Shown here in pieces: positions 24,664 to 32,000 of a DNA stretch of 32,000 nt. The position numbers were made by a program, and so were the translations under genes. Within the stretch, counting starts at the first letter, position 1. Each line of letters opens with the position of its first letter. Below the pieces are notes generated by a model, which saw only the letters and a list, made by a program, of their open reading frames with translations, had not been told where the DNA came from and did no database searches. The DNA lies in the NCBI RefSeq assembly GCF_000008625.1, contig NC_000918.1:1440001-1472000 (forward strand). The letters run 5' to 3'. The stretch is from Aquifex aeolicus VF5 (GTDB taxonomy: Bacteria; Aquificota; Aquificia; Aquificales; Aquificaceae).

Positions 24664-26260
24664 ATTTCTCGGAGGCTTCGGCGGTTTAGTTTTCGGATTT
24701 GTTTTCTTCGTTGGAATGTCCATTTTAGGACTTTTTCACCTCGAAGAACACCCTCCCCTTTACTGGGCGGGCTTTTTTGCTTCAGTTTTTCTCTTCGTAC
24801 TTTCTTTCCTACTTAACCTGATAAACTGGGTAAAGGCTTTAATAAAGGATTATAAAAAGCACGGAAGTGTTCTTGCCTTCGTGTACGACTTCCTCGCTTC
24901 ACTTAAGCTCGCAATATTCATAATGCTCGTTCTCGGAATTCTCTCCATGCTCGGTTCTACCTACATAAAACAGAACCAGTCCTTTGAGTGGTATCTGGAT
25001 CAATTCGGGTACGACGTGGGTATATGGATATGGAAGCTCTGGCTCAACGACGTATTTCACTCCTGGTATTACATCCTCTTTATAGTTTTGCTCGCGGTAA
25101 ACCTGATTTTCTGTTCCATAAAGAGACTTCCGAGAGTATGGAAGCAGGCTTTCAGTAAAGAAAGGATACTTAAACTGGACGAGCACGCGGAAAAGCACTT
25201 AAAGCCCATAACCGTAAAAATTCCCGACAAGGATAAGGTTTTGAAGTTTTTACTGAAAAAGGGATTTAAGGTTTTCGTTGAAGAGGAAGGAAATAAACTC
25301 TACGTGTTCGCAGAAAAGGGTAGGTTTTCAAGACTCGGCGTTTACATCACACACATAGCCCTCCTCGTTATAATGGCGGGAGCACTGATTGACGCGATAG
25401 TTGGTGTGAGGGGAAGCCTTATAGTTGCGGAAGGGGATACAAACGACGTAATGCTCGTGGGTGCGGAACAAAAGCCCTACAAACTGCCTTTTGCGGTTCA
25501 CCTGATAGACTTCAGGATAAAGACTTATGCGGAAGAAAACCCGAACGTGGATAAACGTTTTGCTCAGGCGGTGAGCTCTTATGAGAGTGATATTGAAATC
25601 ATAAACGGCGGGAAAGTTGAAGCAAAGGGAACCGTTAAGGTTAACGAGCCCTTTGACTTTGGAAGGTACAGACTATTTCAGGCGACTTACGGAATTCTTG
25701 ACGGAACGAGCGGTATGGGCGTTATAGTCGTTGACAGAAAGAAGGCACACGAAGATCCCGAAAAGGCGGTAATAGGAACCTTTGAGATAAAAACGGGACA
25801 GGTTGTTGAGTTCAAAGACATGCTAATTTCCATAGACAGAGTTGTTCTCAACGTGCACGATCCCAACAACAGGAACGAACTCGCACCGGCGGTAGTTTTA
25901 AAGGTTATGCTAAACAGAGAACTTTACAGCGTTCCCGTTATATACGACCCTAGATTAACCGCTCTTGTATTCTCTCAAATACCAGAACTAAAAGACTTTC
26001 CCTACATGTTCTTCATGAACGGGTTTGAACCTCTATTCTTCTCAGGCTTTGAGGTTTCCTACCACCCTGGAAGTGTAATTATATGGATAGGCTCGGCTAT
26101 ACTGGTTCTCGGAATGGTGGTGGCCTTCTACACGGTTCACAGAAAGGTGTGGATGAGGATAGAGGGAGATACAGCAAAGGTAGCCTTTTACTCCCACAAG
26201 TTTAAAGAGGAATTTAAGAGGAGCTTTTTAAGGGAACTGGAGGAGTTAAAGAGAGCTTGA
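24647..26260 (+). CDS. resB: ResB-like cytochrome c biogenesis protein
   Basis: FLASLKLAIFIMLVLGILSMLGSTYIKQ, AEKGRFSRLGVYITHIALLVIMAGALIDAIVGVRGSLIVAEGD, and a C-terminal TM segment preceding YTVHRKVWMRIEGD. Confidence 0.93.
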   Translation: MKRVLEFLGGFGGLVFGFVFFVGMSILGLFHLEEHPPLYWAGFFASVFLFVLSFLLNLINWVKALIKDYKKHGSVLAFVYDFLASLKLAIFIMLVLGILSMLGSTYIKQNQSFEWYLDQFGYDVGIWIWKLWLNDVFHSWYYILFIVLLAVNLIFCSIKRLPRVWKQAFSKERILKLDEHAEKHLKPITVKIPDKDKVLKFLLKKGFKVFVEEEGNKLYVFAEKGRFSRLGVYITHIALLVIMAGALIDAIVGVRGSLIVAEGDTNDVMLVGAEQKPYKLPFAVHLIDFRIKTYAEENPNVDKRFAQAVSSYESDIEIINGGKVEAKGTVKVNEPFDFGRYRLFQATYGILDGTSGMGVIVVDRKKAHEDPEKAVIGTFEIKTGQVVEFKDMLISIDRVVLNVHDPNNRNELAPAVVLKVMLNRELYSVPVIYDPRLTALVFSQIPELKDFPYMFFMNGFEPLFFSGFEVSYHPGSVIIWIGSAILVLGMVVAFYTVHRKVWMRIEGDTAKVAFYSHKFKEEFKRSFLRELEELKRA

Positions 26261-27310
26261 AAGGGATTTTATACTCTCCTCCAGTGCTTCCAGAAACTTG
26301 TTGTTTTCTTCCGGTTTCCCTACGCTTACCCTGAGGCACTTTTGGAGTCCTTCCATGTAAGATACGTTCCTGACGAGGACATCCCTTTTCAGTAGCTCCT
26401 GATAAACCTCGTGGGCGGGGTAAGGCGTTCTGAAAAGCAAGAAGTTAGCCTTACTCGGAAAAACCTCAACTCCTTCTATTTTCTTCATTTCGTCGTACAT
26501 CCTTTCTCGCTCTTTTACAACCTCCTGTATCTTTTCCATTAGGAATTCTCTTCCCTCCGTGAGGAGAACTTTTGCCATCACCTGAGAGGGGTAGGTCACG
26601 TTGAAGGGGAGTCTCACCTTGTTAATTTCTGAGACGATTTCCCCCTTCCCTATTAAAATCCCTACCCTTAAACTCGCCATACCGATTTTTGAAAGTGTCC
26701 TCAAAACTACCGTATCTTCCCTTTTGAGCGCGTCTTCCAGAAAGGTTTCTCCGGAGTAATGATAGTAGGCTTCGTCTATTACACAGAAAACACCCCTGTT
26801 TCTTATCTCCTCAATCTTTCCCCTGGAAAAGAGGTTTCCCGTGGGGTTGTTTGGGTAAGCAAAGTACCCGAGAACGGGTTTTTCTTTCTCTATTAATTCA
26901 ATACTTCTTTCTAAGTCTATATCAAAGTTTTCGTCCAGTTGAACCTTTACGAGGGGTCTTCCGAGAACTTTCGCACTTATCTCGTACATGGGAAAGGTGG
27001 GAACAGGTATGTAAACGGGTATGTAAAGTTCACCTATAGCTATTGAGAGGTAGTATATGAGTTCGTCCGAACCGTTACCGAGAACTAAATTTTCTTCCTT
27101 AACGCCGAAAAAATCCGCAAGAACCGCTTTTAACTCTTTCGCTTCGGGGTCTGGGTATTTGTTCAAGGGAACCTTTTTTAATTCTTCTAAGGCCCTTTGT
27201 TTTATCTCCTCGGGAAAGTCGTAGGGGAATTCGTTAGAGGAAAGCCTGACGGAGGCGGGAGTGACCTCCGTCTTGTAAGCTTCAAGTTCCTTAATCCTCT
27301 GGGGTATCAT
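26246..27310 (-). CDS. hisC: Histidinol-phosphate aminotransferase
   Basis: RLSSNEFPYDFPEEI, LVLGNGSDELI, FAYPNNPTGNLFSR, VIDEAYYHYSGETF, VLRTLSKIGMASLRVGILIG, NFLLFRTPYPAHEVYQELLKRDVLVRN. Confidence 0.96.
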   Translation of the reverse strand: MIPQRIKELEAYKTEVTPASVRLSSNEFPYDFPEEIKQRALEELKKVPLNKYPDPEAKELKAVLADFFGVKEENLVLGNGSDELIYYLSIAIGELYIPVYIPVPTFPMYEISAKVLGRPLVKVQLDENFDIDLERSIELIEKEKPVLGYFAYPNNPTGNLFSRGKIEEIRNRGVFCVIDEAYYHYSGETFLEDALKREDTVVLRTLSKIGMASLRVGILIGKGEIVSEINKVRLPFNVTYPSQVMAKVLLTEGREFLMEKIQEVVKERERMYDEMKKIEGVEVFPSKANFLLFRTPYPAHEVYQELLKRDVLVRNVSYMEGLQKCLRVSVGKPEENNKFLEALEESIKSLSSSL

Positions 27311-27561
27311 TCCGTTGCAGGTTGTTCGGTTTCCTCAGTTTCTTCCGCTTCTTCCTTGTGTTCCCTTTCGGGTTTGGTCAGGTACATCTGGAGTTCTTCT
27401 ACTGTAGATTCTGCGAACTTATCCTCTATTATTCCCCTTATTAATTTATTCAACTTCTTTTCATCTCCCTGAGCTATACCAAGGAGTATGTAGTAAGTGC
27501 TCTTTGGAAGGGAAAGGGTAACCTTCCTGTACTTGGGTCCTGCTTTTCTTCTTCTTGCCAT
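27307..27561 (-). CDS. Small basic protein with a possible ribbon-helix-helix-like N-terminus and an acidic C-terminal tail
   Basis: RRRKAGPKYRKVTLSLPKSTYYILLGIAQGDEKKLNKLIRGIIEDKFAE resembles an RHH (strand-helix-helix) pattern. 4-nt overlap with hisC. Confidence 0.6.
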   Translation of the reverse strand: MARRRKAGPKYRKVTLSLPKSTYYILLGIAQGDEKKLNKLIRGIIEDKFAESTVEELQMYLTKPEREHKEEAEETEETEQPATE

Positions 27562-27574
27562 AATACCACCTCCT

Positions 27575-28078
27575 TTAAGTTTTTTCCTTGAATTTGTTGT
27601 TAAAGTCTATCGCGTGCTCCAATAACTCCTTGTAAACCCTGAAGGGCGTAAGAACAACCCTTATCCTTTCATTTTCCTCGGGAATTAAACAAAAGGCTTC
27701 ATCCAGTATGTCTATGAGTAATTGAAGTTTAGTGTTTACGGTGTCTATGAGTGCGAGCCTTTCGAGTTCCCTTTCTATCTCCTCGGGAATTGCGGAGAGG
27801 AACGTAACGTCAAAGTTAAAGACTTCGTACTCGTCGTAAATGTGATCCAAAACTTCGTCGGTTTTTAGTAGAAATAGCTCTTCAATCTTCAGTATGAAAT
27901 CTTCCACAACCTTTTTTTCTTTTTCCTCTAAAACCGATTCCGCTATTAACCTCGTTTCGTCTATATCCGCCTTCAGTTCTTCCCTTATACCAGTCAAAAG
28001 GTCAAGGGCAAACCTGAGCAGTCTGTCGTATATCAGTAATCTCTCAAGCGTTTTTAATTTACGAGTTTTTTCCTCCAT
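27575..28078 (-). CDS. Uncharacterised helical 167-aa protein
   Basis: Complete ORF, same strand, start overlapping the upstream Toprim gene by 20 nt; no family recognised. Confidence 0.65.
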   Translation of the reverse strand: MEEKTRKLKTLERLLIYDRLLRFALDLLTGIREELKADIDETRLIAESVLEEKEKKVVEDFILKIEELFLLKTDEVLDHIYDEYEVFNFDVTFLSAIPEEIERELERLALIDTVNTKLQLLIDILDEAFCLIPEENERIRVVLTPFRVYKELLEHAIDFNNKFKEKT

Positions 28079-28415
28079 TTATCTCCTCTATATGAATTAT
28101 ATTCCATTTCTTCAAAAAATTTCTAAAATTTTCGTCAACTAAAAAACCCTGTGAACTTAAAAGTTCCTTCATTTTTTGATTTATCCTTTCGCCGTGAGTA
28201 TCAAGGTCAAACAGAAGTATCACCTTTTCCCACTTTCCCTCCAGCATATCCACAACATCGGCGTACCTCTTTCCCGACAAATCAATAACGTTCTTTATAG
28301 AGAACTTTGAAAGAGCTTTTTTATCGTTTTTCCCTTCAACGAGGATCACAGCTTCCCTGGAGGCTTTTTTTAACTCCTTTATCCATTCACTCAGGTTTCT
28401 TGGTTCTTTCGTCAT
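28059..28415 (-). CDS. Single-domain Toprim protein (RNase M5/primase-like small Toprim)
   Basis: AVILVEGKNDKKAL (Toprim Glu motif) and VILLFDLDTHGERI (DxD motif) in a 118-aa protein. Confidence 0.85.
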   Translation of the reverse strand: MTKEPRNLSEWIKELKKASREAVILVEGKNDKKALSKFSIKNVIDLSGKRYADVVDMLEGKWEKVILLFDLDTHGERINQKMKELLSSQGFLVDENFRNFLKKWNIIHIEEINGGKNS

Positions 28416-28963
28416 CTTTTCAGTTCGCCCTTTCTCTGTTCCTTTAGACTTTCCCTTTCGCTCCTTTCCCTTTTCGTGATTTCCCTGTGTTCAAACTTCA
28501 AGTACTCCATGTAACTCTTTTCGAGTAGAACGTACGTAAGTCCTAGAGCGAGCAGTAGGGCTCCGAAACCGAGCAAATCCCAGAAGGTAAACCTGTGCTC
28601 AAAAACAATCAGAATTATCTCCCTGACAACGAACACTATACCGGCCTCTATAATTTGTCTCTTTCTTATCCTCCTGAACTCAAGGACGTCTATGAAAACC
28701 TTAAAGAGTTCAATTAAAACGAAGAAGTTAAGGATATTTCTAACGAGAAGTTTAAAAGCTTTGTCGTACTCCTCCGCCACTGCTCCGTGGAGGAAGTAAT
28801 CCACAAATAGCCTGAGGTCGTAAAATATTATGGCGATAGCTATAAGCAGAGTCAGCATTAGGATGGGAATCATTAGAATGGCAACGAAGTTAACGAACTT
28901 GTTGTAAATGTCCACCATTTTGCATATGAATTCGTAACTCGTTATTTTTTCTAAGAGTTTCAT
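28412..28963 (-). CDS. PsiE-like (phosphate-starvation-inducible E family) membrane protein
   Basis: Four predicted TM segments; VLIELFKVFIDVLEFRRIRKRQIIEAGIVFVVREIILIVF resembles PsiE. 4-nt overlap with the Toprim gene. Confidence 0.72.
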   Translation of the reverse strand: MKLLEKITSYEFICKMVDIYNKFVNFVAILMIPILMLTLLIAIAIIFYDLRLFVDYFLHGAVAEEYDKAFKLLVRNILNFFVLIELFKVFIDVLEFRRIRKRQIIEAGIVFVVREIILIVFEHRFTFWDLLGFGALLLALGLTYVLLEKSYMEYLKFEHREITKRERSERESLKEQRKGELKR

Positions 28964-29024
28964 AAAAACTTATTTTAGCGGTTATAATTAAATGTTTACC
29001 GAGAGCTTTGAAGGAGGTAATGGA

Positions 29025-29498
29025 ATGAAATTCACAGAAGGAAAGGTAAAGGTGGTGGCAAATGACGTCAAAAACTTAACCCAAGCCCTAGAAGGTTACA
29101 TACAGAAAGCTTTCTTTGAAGGAAAAGACATCTGTGCGAGCGGTGGACTCGTTTTAAAAACAACGAACAAACTCGCCCAAAAGCTAAGTGAGCTTAAAGA
29201 AATACTCCCTCAGGTTAAAGTTATCTCCGATGAAGTAAAGGCAAAGGCGGAGGAGATAATAAAGAAGGCGGAGGAAACCCTTCAAAAAGGTCTGGAGATA
29301 AAGAAGAGAGTAAAGGAGTTTGAAGCAGCTACGAACGTTTACAAAAAGAATCCCTCCGAGGAAAACAAGAAGAGGGTTGAGACCGCCCTCAACAACCTCA
29401 AGTACCCCGAAGGTGCAAAACTTACCCTTGAAGATTACGTTAAGAACTGCAATCCCTACAAAAAGTACTTACAGAAAAGGGTTGAACAGAAGGCTTAA
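29025..29498 (+). CDS. Uncharacterised lysine/glutamate-rich helical protein, 157 aa
   Basis: Strong SD 'aaggaggt' (29011-29018) is 6 nt from ATG 29025, so the start is taken there and not at 28992. Confidence 0.75.
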
Positions 29499-29563
29499 AT
29501 TTTTCCTCTTTTCTGTTGACTTTTCTTATTTGAGAAATATTTTCAATAACCATGGAGGCGAAA

Positions 29564-31126
29564 ATGGGCGAAAAGGTCTACATATTCGACACCACTCTGA
29601 GAGACGGAGAACAGGCTCCCGGTTTTTCCATGACCACGGAAGAAAAGCTACAGATGGCTCATCAGCTCGCAAAACTCAACGTAGATATTATAGAGGCTGG
29701 ATTTGCAGCAGCGTCCAAGGGGGACTTTGAAGCCGTAAACAGGATAGCAAAAGAAGTCAAAGGTCCTGTTATATGCTCCCTTGCAAGGGCACTCGAAAGT
29801 GACATAGAAATTGCCGCAAAGGCACTCGAACCTGCGGAGAGAAAAAGGATACACACCTTCATAGCCACCTCTCCCATACATATGGAGTACAAACTCCGTA
29901 TGACGCCGGACCAAGTTTTAGAGAGAATTAAAAAAGCTGTTTCCTTTGCGAGGAACTTCACCGACGACGTTGAGTTTTCCTGCGAAGACGCCACGAGAAG
30001 CGAGAGGGAATTTCTCTACAGGGCCATAGAAACAGCCATCAAGCACGGGGCAACCGTTATAAATATCCCAGACACAGTGGGATACGCCATACCCGAGGAG
30101 TTCGGTCAATTAATAGAGGACATAATGAACAACGTCCCGAATATAGATAAGGTTATTCTGAGCGTTCACTGTCACGACGACCTCGGACTTGCCACTGCAA
30201 ACTCCCTGACCGCGGTAAAACACGGGGCCAGACAGGTTGAATGTACCATAAATGGGATAGGGGAAAGAGCTGGAAACGCAGCTCTTGAAGAGGTGGTAAT
30301 GGCACTAAAAGTGAGAAAGGACTTTTTCGGAGACCTTTACACCGATGTGAATACGAAAGAGATTTACAAAACTTCCAGACTGCTTTGTAGGATTACAGGA
30401 AACTTCGTTCAGCCTAACAAGGCAATCGTCGGGGATAACGCCTTTGCCCACGAGAGCGGAATACACCAGCACGGAGTACTCAGCCACAGAATGACCTACG
30501 AGATAATGAACCCCGAAGACGTTGGATTCCCCATGAGCAGAATAGTTCTCGGAAAGCACAGCGGAAGACACGCCCTGAAGAGAAGACTTGAAGAACTCGG
30601 CTTTAAGTTCACCAAAGAAGAACTCGACAGGATATTCGAAAAGTTCAAGGAGCTTGCCGACAGAAAGAAGGAAGTTTACGACGAAGACCTCGAAGCACTA
30701 ATATACCAGGAGTTCATGAAGATAGAGGACCACGAACCCGTAAAGGTTCTCCACTTTCAAGTTCAAAGCGGTGATAACATGATACCGACAGCAACGGTAA
30801 AGCTCGAGTTTAAAGGAGAAGAGAGGGAAGCGAGTTCCACAGGAAACGGACCCGTTGACGCGACCATTAAAGCAATTCAGAAAGCCCTCGGCATAGAACC
30901 TAAACTCCTGGACTACTCAATTAAAGCCCTCACTCCCAACACGGACGCTCAGGCAGAGGCAAGGGTAGTCTTGGAGCTTGACGGGGTGAAAGCCTCCGGA
31001 AGGGGTGTGGATACAGACATAATAAAGGCGAGTGTTAAGGCGTTTACCGACGCCCTGAATAGGGCTATAGTCAGGAAAGAGTACATAATCCAGAGACAGG
31101 AAATCAGAGAAGAAGGTACCGTTTGA
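29564..31126 (+). CDS. leuA: 2-isopropylmalate synthase
   Basis: [84 protein letters not shown], and an LeuA allosteric C-terminal domain. The supplied ORF starts at ATG 29552, but GGAGG (29554-29558) sits 5 nt before ATG 29564. Confidence 0.96.
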   Translation: MGEKVYIFDTTLRDGEQAPGFSMTTEEKLQMAHQLAKLNVDIIEAGFAAASKGDFEAVNRIAKEVKGPVICSLARALESDIEIAAKALEPAERKRIHTFIATSPIHMEYKLRMTPDQVLERIKKAVSFARNFTDDVEFSCEDATRSEREFLYRAIETAIKHGATVINIPDTVGYAIPEEFGQLIEDIMNNVPNIDKVILSVHCHDDLGLATANSLTAVKHGARQVECTINGIGERAGNAALEEVVMALKVRKDFFGDLYTDVNTKEIYKTSRLLCRITGNFVQPNKAIVGDNAFAHESGIHQHGVLSHRMTYEIMNPEDVGFPMSRIVLGKHSGRHALKRRLEELGFKFTKEELDRIFEKFKELADRKKEVYDEDLEALIYQEFMKIEDHEPVKVLHFQVQSGDNMIPTATVKLEFKGEEREASSTGNGPVDATIKAIQKALGIEPKLLDYSIKALTPNTDAQAEARVVLELDGVKASGRGVDTDIIKASVKAFTDALNRAIVRKEYIIQRQEIREEGTV

Positions 31127-31395
31127 TGTGGAGAATTTTCTTCACAAGGTTCTTCGTAAGGTTTATCCTTTTCCCCCTCCTTGCTGTAATTATGGGAGTT
31201 CTTGTTCTGGGAACGATATTCTTCATAACATACACGTGGCTCATTTGGCAAACGATAAAGATAATGGACGAACACCCTTTACTCGGGTTTTTCTTCGTAA
31301 TCCTTGAGATACTCCTTCTGTCTTTAATAGCTCTTGCAGGTTTATACTTATTCGATAAGGTAAGGGAATTTTTTAAAGAAAGGAGGTTAATATGA
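31126..31395 (+). CDS. Small two-TM membrane protein of unknown function
   Basis: [41 protein letters not shown]...HPLLGFFFVILEILLLSLIALAGLYLF. ATG 31126 overlaps the leuA stop (TGATG). Confidence 0.75.
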   Translation: MWRIFFTRFFVRFILFPLLAVIMGVLVLGTIFFITYTWLIWQTIKIMDEHPLLGFFFVILEILLLSLIALAGLYLFDKVREFFKERRLI

Positions 31396-32000
31396 AAAAG
31401 TTGTCTTTTATTTTACTCTCCGCAGCATTTGTTTACGCTTCATGCCCTGAACCCTCCAAATTTGAAGAGAAATTAAAAGAAATAACCCAAAGGGAGTGGA
31501 AAGTTCAGGCAGTATCTGAGGTAAAAGACCTGGGATTGTGTCAGGTGGTAGTAAAGAGAGGACTTGAACCCTTAGTTATTTACATGGACAAGGATATGAA
31601 CTACTTGATTACTGGAAACGTTATTGACCTCAAGAACGGCAAAAATCTAACTGCAGAAACCGTAAGGAAGTACGCAAAAGTATCCCCCGAAGTTTTGAAA
31701 GAGCTTGAAAAGATGACAGACCTCAAATTCGGAAAAGGAGACAAGTACGTTTACTTTATATCAGACCCCCACTGCCCTTACTGTAACAGACTTGCACCAA
31801 TACTGAAAAACTGGGCTGATAAAAATGACGTACAGATAAGGGTAATCTTCTACCCGCTTCCCTTCCACAAAGGAGCGGATGAAAAGGCTGCAAGCCTTAT
31901 ATGTAAAAAGGATGTAAAGTACGAGGAGCTTCACACAAAAGACAAGCCCGAAAAGGTTTGTGAGGAAGGAATGGAAAAGGTAAAGAAAAACGTAGAGTAC
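31392..32000 (+). CDS. Secreted DsbC/DsbG-like thioredoxin-fold disulfide isomerase, 3' end outside the window
   Basis: Signal peptide MKKLSFILLSAAFVYASC. YVYFISDPHCPYCNRLAPILKNWA (CPYC active site) and VRVIFYPLPFHKGADEKAASLIC-like context (here IRVIFYPLPFHKGADEKAASLIC). ATGA overlap with the upstream gene. Confidence 0.9.
   Translation, partial: MKKLSFILLSAAFVYASCPEPSKFEEKLKEITQREWKVQAVSEVKDLGLCQVVVKRGLEPLVIYMDKDMNYLITGNVIDLKNGKNLTAETVRKYAKVSPEVLKELEKMTDLKFGKGDKYVYFISDPHCPYCNRLAPILKNWADKNDVQIRVIFYPLPFHKGADEKAASLICKKDVKYEELHTKDKPEKVCEEGMEKVKKNVEY

Noticed and set aside
27307-28078. RHH-like gene plus unknown 167-aa gene as a type II toxin-antitoxin pair
   Set aside because: The size ratio and order are loosely compatible, but the 167-aa protein shows no PIN, RelE, MazF, HEPN or Fic motif. 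The evidence is too weak to call it.
1-32000. CRISPR arrays, cas genes, insertion sequences, prophage or classic toxin-antitoxin loci
   Set aside because: I scanned by eye for regularly spaced direct repeats, transposase/integrase motifs and terminal inverted repeats and saw none. A computational repeat scan would be needed to exclude short or diverged elements.

Overview
This window is a compact, fully coding segment that looks chromosomal. I attribute it to Aquifex aeolicus because the 513-aa ORF at 21990..23531 is recognisably the well-known transporter LeuT, and the other genes fit a hyperthermophilic Aquificales genome. I can support about 30 protein genes and two tRNAs (Val-UAC and Glu-UUC, both minus strand). 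The genes include an RNase R-family nuclease (partial), HTH-NosL-like fusion, flagellar rod/hook protein, recG, TamB-like protein, SF1 helicase, plsC, comF-like, TatD-radical SAM fusion, gltD-family, VTT/DedA-like, MTH1187-like, argB, obg, RlmI-like, CDF transporter with an extra C-terminal domain, murD, trpF, leuT, sppA, spoVG-like, resB, hisC, a four-gene small-ORF cluster (RHH-like, unknown, Toprim, PsiE-like), leuA and a DsbC-like protein (partial). I saw no CRISPR array, transposon, phage or obvious defence island. The strongest non-routine observations are: (1) the 5' end of argB is split by an apparent 1-nt deletion near 15858; (2) a spoVG-like gene at 24369..24663 is split by an apparent 1-nt insertion near 24516, and the supplied ORF track shows only its 3' half; (3) three unusual domain fusions (HTH+NosL-like, TatD+radical SAM, CDF+possible FeMo-co-binding-like domain); (4) a consensus sigma70 promoter in front of the tRNA genes; (5) a small-ORF cluster with a single-domain Toprim protein; and (6) very tight convergent overlaps and divergent gene starts. 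All family assignments come from reading motifs and overall sequence similarity by eye. No database search was run.
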